Source: a virus | IMG/VR virus record: IMGVR_UViG_3300005617_000004 | Location: 32,001 to 96,000 of that record | Direction: 5' to 3' (one strand) | DNA: 64,000 nt | In this document: in pieces, positions 16,762 to 25,568 of the stretch | How positions within the stretch are numbered: the first letter of the stretch is position 1 | How the letters are laid out: each line of letters starts with the position of its first letter | Program-made: the position numbers and the translations under genes | Notes under the pieces: model-generated | Databases searched by the model: none | What the model saw: only the letters and a program-made list of their open reading frames with translations | What the model was told of the DNA's origin: nothing

Positions 16762-17201
16762 TACTTGCGCCGCAGGAACAGGTACAGGGCGCCGAGGGCG
16801 ACCGCGCCGCCGAGCACGAGCGCCGGGGTCGGGATGGTGGTGCCGCCGACCTGAAGGCCGCCACCAGCGTCCTGCGCGGTGATCTGAGCTTGTGCGGCGG
16901 CAGCGGCGGCCTTGACCGCGGCGGCTTCCGCACGCTTCGCGTCCTCTTCCTTGGTGCGGGCGCGCTTCTCGTCCATCTGCTGCTGACGCAGGGTGTAGGC
17001 GGTCGACCCGACGGTGGTCAGTGCTTGGATCAGGGGCCCGATCGACTCGACCCAGCCGAGGTCTTCACCGGGCAGGTTCGACGGGGCTTCAATGTTGCCG
17101 CGTCGGATGATCAGGCCCGTGTTGGTGGTCGGCCACACGCTGTCGCCGCCATGACGTGACAGGGACCGCGTCATGAACGCCGGGGTATTGCGATAGCCCA
17201 T
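16761..17201 (-). CDS. Tail-anchored membrane protein, first gene of structural operon
   Basis: C-terminal TM + RRK; promoter TTGCCT-N16-CACACT-N7-ATG at 17209-17236. Confidence 0.75.
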   Translation of the reverse strand: MGYRNTPAFMTRSLSRHGGDSVWPTTNTGLIIRRGNIEAPSNLPGEDLGWVESIGPLIQALTTVGSTAYTLRQQQMDEKRARTKEEDAKRAEAAAVKAAAAAAQAQITAQDAGGGLQVGGTTIPTPALVLGGAVALGALYLFLRRK

Positions 17202-17237
17202 GGTGCGCAGTGTGCGCAGTTATGGAGCAAAGGCAAG

Positions 17238-17597
17238 CTACCCCTCGGGGTATTCCTCGTTCTCCTCCTTCAGCACCTCGTCAATGTTCTCGTCCGCACC
17301 GGCTTCGGTGTCGACCGCGTCGCTCAGGTCCGAGTCGAAGGTCGGGTTGAGCTCCTGCTCGTTGGCGGCCGCGCCCTGGGGTGGCGGCCGCTCACCCTCG
17401 ACGTCCACCGCTTGGTAGCAGGCGGCGCACTCGATGATCGCGTCGCCGTTCTTGTCCTGGACGGTGATGGCGGTGCCACGAGGCACTTGGGTCGGCGGCA
17501 GGGCTGCCCGCAGGCCGCAGATGCAGACCCATTCGATACGGGTGTCGGGCGGCGGCATGCGCCGGACGGGCTTATCCAGCAGGTGGTAGATCGTCAT
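17238..17597 (-). CDS. Zinc-finger protein with acidic tail
   Basis: CICG...CAAC. Confidence 0.7.
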   Translation of the reverse strand: MTIYHLLDKPVRRMPPPDTRIEWVCICGLRAALPPTQVPRGTAITVQDKNGDAIIECAACYQAVDVEGERPPPQGAAANEQELNPTFDSDLSDAVDTEAGADENIDEVLKEENEEYPEG

Positions 17598-17728
17598 GGT
17601 CGTCCTTCAGGAACAGGTCGCGGATGAGCCGCAGGGTGGTGTACATGCAGGCGTACAGCATCGCCAGGGTGGCGCCGGCGCACAGGATGGTCGTCACCAG
17701 CTGCGGGCTGATGTTGGGCGGTACGCGG

Positions 17729-17995
17729 TCAATCACGGTGGTAATGCTCGCCGCGCGGCCGCAGCTTGGCCAGGGTGGTGACGTCCTTGGCGATCGACGG
17801 GTCGTCCAGATACGCGCACAGCGCACGCTTCGTGGCGTCGTCGCGCTTGCTTTTCTCGTACTCGCCGCGCAGCCAATCGAGGTATAGCAGGCCGGCGTCG
17901 GTGCGGGCGATGTCGTCCAGCGCGGCGCCTTTGTAGCGGCCGAAGGTCAGGACGAAGCGGGTGGCTTCGGCGTAGGTCGTGGCGGTGGCGGGCAC
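17729..17995 (-). CDS. DUF3820/ExoX C-terminal-like small protein
   Basis: LTFGRYKG..L.DI...YLDWL. Confidence 0.65.
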   Translation of the reverse strand: MPATATTYAEATRFVLTFGRYKGAALDDIARTDAGLLYLDWLRGEYEKSKRDDATKRALCAYLDDPSIAKDVTTLAKLRPRGEHYHRD

Positions 17996-18004
17996 GTAGT
18001 GTTC

Positions 18005-18769
18005 CTAGGGGATTTCGCGGTGGAGATAACCGTTGAGAACGCAGCGGACCCAATGGCCGCTGCAGTGCGCTTCGTCGGCCAGCTGCATTTTCACCATGAA
18101 GTTCTGCATCGAAGGCAAGAACAGCGGCGTACAGAGGGCCGCACGGTAGTTGTCGTCGCGGGCCTTGTACAACGACTCGAACGGAAGGTGGAGATGCCAC
18201 TTCTCGCCGATCTGCACGATGATCTCGGTCACCTTGCCGTGGTAGCGGTTAGTCAGCCCCAAGGTGTCTGCGCCGGAAGACAACTGGAACTCCAATTCCC
18301 ACACGGTGTGCTTCTTCGGCCAGTAGAGTTGGCCGATGGTCGTCGGATAGGAACGCCCGTCTTCTGGGCGCGAGCGTCGCGGTTGGCCCCACTCGGTCTC
18401 TCCCGGGTGCGTGATATCATCCGCGCGGCCGCCGCTGAAGAAGTAGAGCGTCTTGGTTCCTCGCTCTACTGGAACGGTATCCCACAACGGCTGCCATATA
18501 GTCTCCAGCTTGATATCTCCGCGCAGAGAATCCTTCCACTGGGTCAGGAGGCATCCGCAGTTGCCGGGGCCCCCTTTCGGAGGTGGAAACCGCTTCGGGT
18601 CCGGGAAGGCTCGCTGACGCTTCGGGTTGAGCGACGTCACGACGTCGGTTTCGGTCAGTGGCGCCGGGAGGCGGAACTTCGGTTCCTTGGCCAGCCGAGC
18701 GCGCTTCTCGGCTTTCTGTTGTGCTGGGGTGAGAGGAGGGCAGTCGTTTCGTTGGAGATAGCGGACCAT
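18005..18769 (-). CDS. Diverged QPLYD capsid-like paralog with Pro/basic N-terminal extension
   Basis: IKLETIWQPLWDT, GQLYWPK, VQIGEK, LPSMQNF, LNGYLHREI align with 3552-4121. Confidence 0.75.
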   Translation of the reverse strand: MVRYLQRNDCPPLTPAQQKAEKRARLAKEPKFRLPAPLTETDVVTSLNPKRQRAFPDPKRFPPPKGGPGNCGCLLTQWKDSLRGDIKLETIWQPLWDTVPVERGTKTLYFFSGGRADDITHPGETEWGQPRRSRPEDGRSYPTTIGQLYWPKKHTVWELEFQLSSGADTLGLTNRYHGKVTEIIVQIGEKWHLHLPFESLYKARDDNYRAALCTPLFLPSMQNFMVKMQLADEAHCSGHWVRCVLNGYLHREIP

Positions 18770-18771
18770 GA

Positions 18772-19410
18772 TCAACTCCGGTAGATGGGAAAGCCACCCA
18801 CAGGGCAGCCGTAGACGGCGGTATCGAAGGCGAAGGTGGGTTGGCCGGCGGACCACGCCTTGAGCTGCTTGGTGCTGATCTTCCAGCCCGGCATCGGCTC
18901 GTTCGGCTTGCCATTGCGCGACGCGCTGCGGTAGTTCATCACCTGCAGTCGCTCGGTCGCAACGTAGTCGCGCACCGCCTCGTACGGCACGACGATGACC
19001 CGGTCGACGCCGACGGCCATCGCACGGCGCAGGGCAAACAGGTCAGCGGAGTCCGACGCGCGGATGGTGTGGATCCAGAACACGTAGTGGAGTCGCACCC
19101 GGTTGCGGCGCACGAACCGCTCCGCGCGGTCCAGGATGTGCTCGTACAGGATGCCGTTCTTGCCCTTGCCGATCGACTTGCATTCCAGGTAATGCTTGCT
19201 GTCGACCTCGAGGTCGGGGCAGATGCCGGCACGGCCATCGGTGCACATGCGGCGGCCGCCGATCACCTTCGACACCGCCTCCTCGACGAAGTCACCGGTC
19301 GCGTTGCGACACTGGGCCCAGCTGTAGAACTCGACGTTGCCGACCCAGTCCCAGATGGGCAGCTGTGCACCGTCTTGCCGGCAGGCGGGGAGGCGGAGGG
19401 GCTCTACCAC
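18772..19410 (-). CDS. PD-(D/E)xK nuclease-fold protein
   Basis: GDFVEE...CPDL...LECKS; GTG start inferred. Confidence 0.6.
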   Translation of the reverse strand: MVEPLRLPACRQDGAQLPIWDWVGNVEFYSWAQCRNATGDFVEEAVSKVIGGRRMCTDGRAGICPDLEVDSKHYLECKSIGKGKNGILYEHILDRAERFVRRNRVRLHYVFWIHTIRASDSADLFALRRAMAVGVDRVIVVPYEAVRDYVATERLQVMNYRSASRNGKPNEPMPGWKISTKQLKAWSAGQPTFAFDTAVYGCPVGGFPIYRS

Positions 19411-19571
19411 ACGTCGCCCCACTCGAAGCTGCACGCCCACAGGTTGATCGCAAGGTGCCAGCCGTCGTAGTATTCGCGGTAGATGCCCGGTGTGACGCCG
19501 GGAAACCAGTAGAAGCGGAACGTACCGTGGCGCACGAACCGCCAGAAGGAGGGCGTCTCGTTGGGGCTCAC
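19404..19571 (-). CDS. Small Trp-rich hypothetical protein
   Basis: Manual translation, overlaps both neighbours. Confidence 0.45.
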   Translation of the reverse strand: MSPNETPSFWRFVRHGTFRFYWFPGVTPGIYREYYDGWHLAINLWACSFEWGDVW

Positions 19572-19876
19572 CGCTGCCACCATGGCTTCTTACCCATCCA
19601 TGGCGGGCGTCGGTCACCGCGGCGCTGCGTTGCATCTGGCGCTAGCGGGTACATCTCAAGTATGAGGGAGGGACGAGGCGTATCCCGCATGCGCTGCTCA
19701 AGCCGCCGCAATTCCTCTTCGAGTGGTGGAGGCACGTCATCCGCCGCGATCAACGCCGCTTCCTGCTCGGTGGCGCGGCGAAGGACGCCGGCCCGCATCA
19801 ACTCCTCCAGAGTCTTGTACTCTGGTTTCCAGGCGCCGGCGTTGGCGATCGCATAGACGACGCCGTCGGGGCCCAT
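19568..19876 (-). CDS. Hypothetical protein
   Basis: Coupled ORF. Confidence 0.55.
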   Translation of the reverse strand: MGPDGVVYAIANAGAWKPEYKTLEELMRAGVLRRATEQEAALIAADDVPPPLEEELRRLEQRMRDTPRPSLILEMYPLAPDATQRRGDRRPPWMGKKPWWQR

Positions 19877-20253
19877 TAGAACGGGGCGCTTTCAAGCGCC
19901 TGGACCTTCTCCACCCGGAGCTCGGCCTTGATGATCGGCATCAGCCACTTGCGGTAGATCGGAGATCCGAAGTTCTTGGCCCGCTGCTTGCGCCCCTCGC
20001 CGATCGCGCGGAGTGCGCGTATCGTCATGATCCGCTTTACCCGGGTATCGGGTTTCCGGTGCCGCCGAACGCGGGCCGTCAGGTGCGCCGCGCACAGCTT
20101 CTGGTACCACTCCGGGTTCTCGCTGATCACCGTCCGGACCGCAGCCCCGACGTTCACTTCACGCTCGGCTGGGGTGAGGATCACCTCCAGCCGGTTCCGC
20201 TCCAACTCATCCGCCATCGCCAGGGCCATCCGTTGGATTGGTGTCTGCCGCAT
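19876..20253 (-). CDS. Hypothetical basic protein
   Basis: Coupled ORF, coding-like codons. Confidence 0.7.
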   Translation of the reverse strand: MRQTPIQRMALAMADELERNRLEVILTPAEREVNVGAAVRTVISENPEWYQKLCAAHLTARVRRHRKPDTRVKRIMTIRALRAIGEGRKQRAKNFGSPIYRKWLMPIIKAELRVEKVQALESAPF

Positions 20254-20680
20254 GGGGATCCGGTTGTGGCGACTCCATAGTGGCTGTCAACTGCTTCTCG
20301 AAGAACGCCAGCAGGTCGGCGATCTTGCCGCCGTAGTAGTCGGCTTTGTTCTCGGGGTCCTGCGCCAGCATGTAGGTGCCCGGCTCCCAGCCGTCGAGAT
20401 GGAATCCCTCGGCCAACGCCTGCAATTTCTTCTTGCCGAGCAGCTCACCGGTCTTGAACACCCAGGTCTGTACGTCTGTGTGAGACAGGATGAACGTCGC
20501 GTGCACAGCGTCGCGGTCGTCCAGGTGCCGCAGGGTCAGGTTCGGCACCGGCGCGTGGTCGATCAGCTCCCAGGCGACGCCGGCCACGGTGATCAGGCCG
20601 ACCCGCTTGCCGGCGGGCGTGTCCTTGTAGGCAGGGATGGCGAGGGGATCGGCCTTGCGGCTGAGGAAGGGGATTTTCAT
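20207..20680 (-). CDS. Hypothetical protein
   Basis: ORF with coding-like codons. Confidence 0.7.
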   Translation of the reverse strand: MKIPFLSRKADPLAIPAYKDTPAGKRVGLITVAGVAWELIDHAPVPNLTLRHLDDRDAVHATFILSHTDVQTWVFKTGELLGKKKLQALAEGFHLDGWEPGTYMLAQDPENKADYYGGKIADLLAFFEKQLTATMESPQPDPHAADTNPTDGPGDGG

Positions 20681-20730
20681 GGGCGTACTAATTCCTGGGG
20701 TAATTCGGCCGTAATTCCGGGCCCTGAGAA

Positions 20731-20756
20731 GTTACGCAAGGGCTGCCTTGCGTAAC
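20731..20756. promoter_or_regulatory. 11-bp inverted repeat
   Basis: GTTACGCAAGG-gctg-CCTTGCGTAAC. Confidence 0.65.
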
Positions 20757-20864
20757 CGCGTGCAGAGCGTATTTCCGACGTAAGTCCTTGGTATCAGTGA
20801 AGATAAGCCAAGAAATCGGTAGGCCGTCCTCGGCATTTCCCGCGATTTTTCCAGGGGTTTGGGG

Positions 20865-21098
20865 TTATTTCGGGGATTTCCCTGGGGTTTTTCCCGGGAT
20901 TTTCCGCACCGGTGCCGCGGGCCCCGCCGATGCGAGCGCGGTGGTGGGGTCGGATACCACCTCCTCCGACGCGATCGGCACCAGTACCGCCACGGGCTTG
21001 CCGTACCGGATAATGGTGACCCGCTCGTTGCGGAACTCCACGCTGTTGAGGATGCTGTTGAGCGTCTTGCGCAACTGCGAGGTGTTGGCTGACATCAT
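20865..21098 (-). CDS. Phd/YefM-family antitoxin-like protein (orphan)
   Basis: SQLRKTLNSILNSVEFRNERVTIIRYGKPVAVLVP; AGATGTACATCT palindrome at 21101-21112. Confidence 0.8.
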   Translation of the reverse strand: MMSANTSQLRKTLNSILNSVEFRNERVTIIRYGKPVAVLVPIASEEVVSDPTTALASAGPAAPVRKIPGKTPGKSPK

Positions 21099-21224
21099 GG
21101 AGATGTACATCTACGGCAAGATGTACGAAAGCAAGCCATTGTTGCAACTCTGGCCCCGGATGCGTAGCATGCGCATCGTACACCTTTCCTCCGCGCTTAT
21201 GCGCAAACCCCAAGGACGCTCACC

Positions 21225-21725
21225 ATGAGCCTGCTCGACATCACCGCCCAGGAACTCAACTCGCTGGCCGCACCGGTCCAGGCACAGGTCAAGGCCCTGC
21301 TGAACATCCGCCAGGGGCTGTTCGACATCCTCGGCGCGTTCCCGCAGGACAACGTCCTGCCCTACTTCTACAGCTGCCAGAACACCACGGCGGACAACAC
21401 CGCGATCACCGCCAACGGCACGGTGCAGAACTCGATCCGCATCAGCGCGGACTCGGCGTTCATCGCCATCTCGGTGCGCGGCACCTCGGACGGCGACTTC
21501 ACCGCGTTCATGCGCCAGGACGCCAGCGACCGGCAGCTGATGAACATCGCGGTCAACTCGAACGCGATCATGGGCACCGCCGAGCGCCCGGGCTTCTTCC
21601 ACAAGCCGCTGCTGCTCGCCGCCTCGACCACGGTCAGCTTCGACTTCACCGACCTGTCGGGCTCCACGAACCAGCTGTGGTGGACCCTGGCCGGCTTCAA
21701 GGTGTACAACCGCAAGCTCGGCTAA
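21225..21725 (+). CDS. Putative single jelly-roll capsid protein (second family)
   Basis: 166 aa, beta-rich, PYFY...IRISADSAF...G...P...KP...LAGFK; AAGGA SD. Confidence 0.55.
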   Translation: MSLLDITAQELNSLAAPVQAQVKALLNIRQGLFDILGAFPQDNVLPYFYSCQNTTADNTAITANGTVQNSIRISADSAFIAISVRGTSDGDFTAFMRQDASDRQLMNIAVNSNAIMGTAERPGFFHKPLLLAASTTVSFDFTDLSGSTNQLWWTLAGFKVYNRKLG

Positions 21726-21771
21726 TCCCGAGGCTTGCGCTTGATGGCCCTCGAAGCACCCTGGAGGCGTC

Positions 21772-22458
21772 ATGCCCCTTGATGAAGATGACAGCATCGT
21801 GTCGCATTCGCGTTACGACCAGTTGTTCGGCTCGCCGCCCACCGTCTCGCCCCTGGAACAACCAGGGGCGAAGGGGCGCATGCACTCTCGAGAAATCTTC
21901 GAGGGTGAGCCGCCGGGCACCCTGCAGCCCGCGCCGCTGCTGACCCCCGTGCAGCGGGCGATCGTCGACGCAACCGTCGATCGTCTCGCCAAGATCGCGC
22001 GCAACACCAACTTCACCGCGTCGCTGCCCGCGCACTCGGTGCCGATGTACTGGTCCAACAACATCGACAAGTCGGCCACGGTCGTGGTGCCGGCCGCGGT
22101 GACCCCGTACCAGACGGTGGTCGAATACACCGCGCCGCCGAGCCGGTACGGCCGCATCAGCCAGTACGGGTTCGACGTCGCTGGGGGTGCCTATACCTAC
22201 GACGGCTCCTTGCTGTGGCGGTTCATGCTCAACGGCGTGCCGGTGCAGGACCTGTTCGACATCGCCGAGCACCGCGGCTCCCTGGTGCAGCCGGCCGAGA
22301 CCTTCATCATCGTGCCCATGGGCCAGAAGCTGCAGTTCCAGGTGGCACGTGCAGTCGCTGCCCTGGCAGACGACACGGTCGCCATGAAGTTCAAGGGCTG
22401 GGACTGGCTGCTGCGCCGCAACGCAGAGGGCACCAAGTCGTCGATCACGGCGTTCTAA
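21772..22458 (+). CDS. Putative jelly-roll-like virion protein
   Basis: Beta-rich C-terminal ~140 aa ending FKGWDW. Confidence 0.55.
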   Translation: MPLDEDDSIVSHSRYDQLFGSPPTVSPLEQPGAKGRMHSREIFEGEPPGTLQPAPLLTPVQRAIVDATVDRLAKIARNTNFTASLPAHSVPMYWSNNIDKSATVVVPAAVTPYQTVVEYTAPPSRYGRISQYGFDVAGGAYTYDGSLLWRFMLNGVPVQDLFDIAEHRGSLVQPAETFIIVPMGQKLQFQVARAVAALADDTVAMKFKGWDWLLRRNAEGTKSSITAF

Positions 22459-22470
22459 GAGGATCGCACC

Positions 22471-22995
22471 GTGGGCGAGCTGTCCATCCAAGATCAGGTG
22501 CTGGTCGCCGAGCTCCAGCGCGTGCTGCGCGACAGCAACGTGCCCTTCCGTCGGCCGTCGAACGAGCAGCCCACGTTCTGGTCGTACCCGGTCTGCGAGA
22601 CCAACATCATCCCGCTGGCCAACGGCGGCTGGACCGACATCTTGACTCTGCGCGGGCTGCCGCAGTTCACGCAGCGGGTCGACAAGTACGTGGCGACCAC
22701 GTTCGGCGACCAGTCGCTCAGCGGCGTCGAGTTCCGGTTCGTGTTCAACGGGACACTGGCCCCCAACATGACGCTGGCCAACGGCGTGGACCACAACAAG
22801 GTGACTCCCTCCACCTTCCCTGTGGTGTTCCAGACCACCTCCTTCCTGGTCGAGGAGAAGGACTACTTGATCCTGCAGGCCCGCAACACCAACGTCTTTC
22901 AGCAGCTGGTGTGCGCCGCCCTGACCGGCTGGCGCTACAACAACCCGAACAGCGTCGACAAGACTCAGCGCTCGGTGATCACCGATGATACCTAG
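22471..22995 (+). CDS. Putative jelly-roll-like virion protein
   Basis: PTFWSYP...FVFNG...LTGWRY, similar in pattern to neighbours. Confidence 0.55.
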   Translation: MGELSIQDQVLVAELQRVLRDSNVPFRRPSNEQPTFWSYPVCETNIIPLANGGWTDILTLRGLPQFTQRVDKYVATTFGDQSLSGVEFRFVFNGTLAPNMTLANGVDHNKVTPSTFPVVFQTTSFLVEEKDYLILQARNTNVFQQLVCAALTGWRYNNPNSVDKTQRSVITDDT

Positions 22996-24013
22996 CCCCC
23001 AGCAGCTGGCGTGGGCGCTCAGCAAGGTGCAGGGAGACCTGTCCCGGTGGCCGCAGGCCCGGTCGGCGAAGTTGATGTTCCACCAAGGCACGACGCCAGT
23101 GATTCTGGTCACCGGCGCAGCCCCGAAGCGCCCTGAGCAGCTGCCCAAGGCCGTCCGGGTGTTCGTCGACGCGCTGCCCTACAACGTCCGCATCCTGTGG
23201 AAGGGCCCCACCGACCCGCGCGCGTCGATGCCGATCCTGCCCTCGACACCGATGCAGGACAAGCAGCTCGACAACGACATGTGGGCAGGAGCCCCTGAAG
23301 TGGTCAATGCGCCGCTGAAGATGTGGGGCCCGACCGAGCACCAGCCCGACCTGCCGATCGCCCAGGGTCCGCCGCTCGCCACCCAGGCCGAGTACCAGTT
23401 CGCTGCTTCCGTACGACTGCCGCAGTTCGCCACCCCGAACTTCTGGGCCAAGCCGTTCTACAAGACCGGCAACATCTGCTGCCCGCACTACGCGACCTTG
23501 ACCCGCGTCTTCTCGTATCGGGTGCCGTCGGACTACCTGCTGATCATGACCGGGCTCAGCTACGAGTTCTCGGATCTCGTGACCTTCGACCAGTTCACCA
23601 TGCACGTCCAGCGCGACGGCAACGAGCTCGGCCGCTGGAACGACATGCGCGCGCTCAACACGCCCGACCCGGCGGAGCAGTACGTGTTCGCCGGCCATTA
23701 CCGGCCGTTCCCCTTCTACGGCCGGTTCGACCACGACCAGATGCTGTCCATCGCCGTGACCGTGCTGGGGCCGTATCCGTTCACCAAGACGCCGGCCGAC
23801 ACGCTCGGCGGCTGTGTCACCGTCCACCCGTCCGGCTGGCTCGGTAGCCTGTACGACAACCGCGATGGCGGCGCACGGCCAGTTGACATGGGCGAATTGA
23901 ACGACATTGCTTTGGGCGAACCCAGCGATGACGGCGGATTCTCCCGTCTCCATGGTGGTGGCCACGCTCGTCAGGGTCAGTGGCAGCCCGATGACACAGG
24001 GACCAACGGATGA
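22985..24013 (+). CDS. Putative virion protein with C-terminal jelly-roll-like domain
   Basis: PNFWAKP...YRVP...PSGW. Confidence 0.55.
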   Translation: MIPSPQQLAWALSKVQGDLSRWPQARSAKLMFHQGTTPVILVTGAAPKRPEQLPKAVRVFVDALPYNVRILWKGPTDPRASMPILPSTPMQDKQLDNDMWAGAPEVVNAPLKMWGPTEHQPDLPIAQGPPLATQAEYQFAASVRLPQFATPNFWAKPFYKTGNICCPHYATLTRVFSYRVPSDYLLIMTGLSYEFSDLVTFDQFTMHVQRDGNELGRWNDMRALNTPDPAEQYVFAGHYRPFPFYGRFDHDQMLSIAVTVLGPYPFTKTPADTLGGCVTVHPSGWLGSLYDNRDGGARPVDMGELNDIALGEPSDDGGFSRLHGGGHARQGQWQPDDTGTNG

Positions 24014-24768
24014 GCGCCTGCCCTGATTGCCCGTCGACCTCCACCGCTCCGCCATGCGTAGCGCCAACGCCCCCGGACGGCTCGAATTGCTGCCTCAAGC
24101 TGCGCTACACGTGCACGCTGGTCGACGATGTCGCGACCTGGGAGCTCGACGCGGTCAACACCGAGTGCGTCGACAACGCGAGCTGCAGCCCGTACCTCGA
24201 GACCTGCACCGGTGACGAGTACACGCTGGAGCAGCAGAACGGCTGCGTGTGCTTCGCGCTGCCGGATCCGCTGCCGGAGCCGTGCTGCGACCCGACCTGC
24301 GGCTCTACGACGACCACCAGCACCACGTCGACGACCAGCACCACGACCACGACGACCAGCACGACCACGACGACTACCACCACGACGACTACCACCAGCA
24401 CAACGACTACCACCACGACAACGACCACGACGACCACCGCCGGGGCGTGCCAGAGCTACTCGTTCTCCGACACCTTCACCATCGGAGGCGGCACCGAGCC
24501 GCACGACCGCACGTACACGCTGCCGTCGAACGCCTGCGCAGGCGCGGTCGAGTTCAGCATCAGCCCGAACGGGCAGCCGCCAGACGCGGGCGCCATCGTC
24601 TGCGTCACCTTTGATGGCGGATCACCCATCTGCTCGGCCTGCATCACCTCTGGCGGCGGTCTGGTAGTGATACCGGCGGGCACCACCACCGTATTCATTT
24701 CCACCTCGGGAGGATGCAACGACCCGCTGGGCCAAATTGAGAACGTGTTCATCACCATAACCGGCTAA
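24010..24768 (+). CDS. Cys-rich protein with mucin-like poly-Thr linker
   Basis: 45 consecutive Ser/Thr codons (24304-24438) between two Cys-rich domains. Confidence 0.8.
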   Translation: MSACPDCPSTSTAPPCVAPTPPDGSNCCLKLRYTCTLVDDVATWELDAVNTECVDNASCSPYLETCTGDEYTLEQQNGCVCFALPDPLPEPCCDPTCGSTTTTSTTSTTSTTTTTTSTTTTTTTTTTTTSTTTTTTTTTTTTTAGACQSYSFSDTFTIGGGTEPHDRTYTLPSNACAGAVEFSISPNGQPPDAGAIVCVTFDGGSPICSACITSGGGLVVIPAGTTTVFISTSGGCNDPLGQIENVFITITG

Positions 24769-24777
24769 GGGGCGTTC

Positions 24778-25527
24778 ATGAGACCCTTCATCAGCGTCCT
24801 TTGCCCCACCTACGGCCGCACCGCGCTGCTGTCGGAGCTCGTCGAGTCGTTCCAGCGCCAGACCTACGACGGTCGCGTCGAGCTGGTCATCCTGAACGAC
24901 CGCAGCGACCAGGAGCTGCAATACCAGGGCAGTAACCCGATCCGGATCATCAACGTGACCACCCGGTTCGAGACGCTGGGCCATAAGCGCAACGCGCTGG
25001 TCGACCTCGCCGACGGGTCTCATGTGTGCTTCTGGGACGACGACGACATCTACCTCGGCACCCACCTGGAGAAGCTCGCCGACCTGCTGGATGACATCGT
25101 TCCTCCGGTCAGCGGTGCCGCTGAAGCTCATCAATGGCAGATGCGCGCCGACGGTAGTGTGTTCATCCAGGGGTCGGGCCTGCTGCACTCGCTGCTGATC
25201 AAGAAGACCGCCATCGAAGCCGTGGGCGGGTTCCCCCTGACGGCCCAGCTGCAAGACGTCGGTCTGGTGCAGAAGCTCGTCAGGGCTCGGCTATTCCCGA
25301 ACATCTACGGCGGCCGCGCTGCGACCATGCCGAGCACCCTGTACCGGGCGGCCGGCATCGACACCGCGCACGTCGGCGACTTCTCGGCCACCGAGGCGCA
25401 TGACGGCTTTGTCGAGGCTGAATCGCAATTCTCTGAGCCGACCGGGCGTATCGTGCTCGTCCCTGAATGGCGAGAGAATTACGAGGCCAAGCTCCGCAAA
25501 GCCTGGGACGACTACATCCGGCAGTAA
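24778..25527 (+). CDS. Glycosyltransferase family 2
   Basis: ISVLCPTYGR, ELVILND, G.KRN, WDDDD. Confidence 0.9.
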   Translation: MRPFISVLCPTYGRTALLSELVESFQRQTYDGRVELVILNDRSDQELQYQGSNPIRIINVTTRFETLGHKRNALVDLADGSHVCFWDDDDIYLGTHLEKLADLLDDIVPPVSGAAEAHQWQMRADGSVFIQGSGLLHSLLIKKTAIEAVGGFPLTAQLQDVGLVQKLVRARLFPNIYGGRAATMPSTLYRAAGIDTAHVGDFSATEAHDGFVEAESQFSEPTGRIVLVPEWRENYEAKLRKAWDDYIRQ

Positions 25528-25568
25528 TCGCCTATTGCGTTGCTCCATAGGATGCCTATGCCTGGGGC

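Noticed and set aside
3552-18769. Diversity-generating retroelement behind the paralogs and repeats
   Set aside because: No reverse transcriptase and no adenine-specific template/variable repeat pair seen
5387-21098. Complete toxin-antitoxin modules
   Set aside because: No BrnT, Doc, YoeB or PIN toxin recognisable next to either antitoxin-like gene
24105-24614. Poly-Val and poly-His/Asp ORFs
   Set aside because: Other frames of the poly-Thr tract
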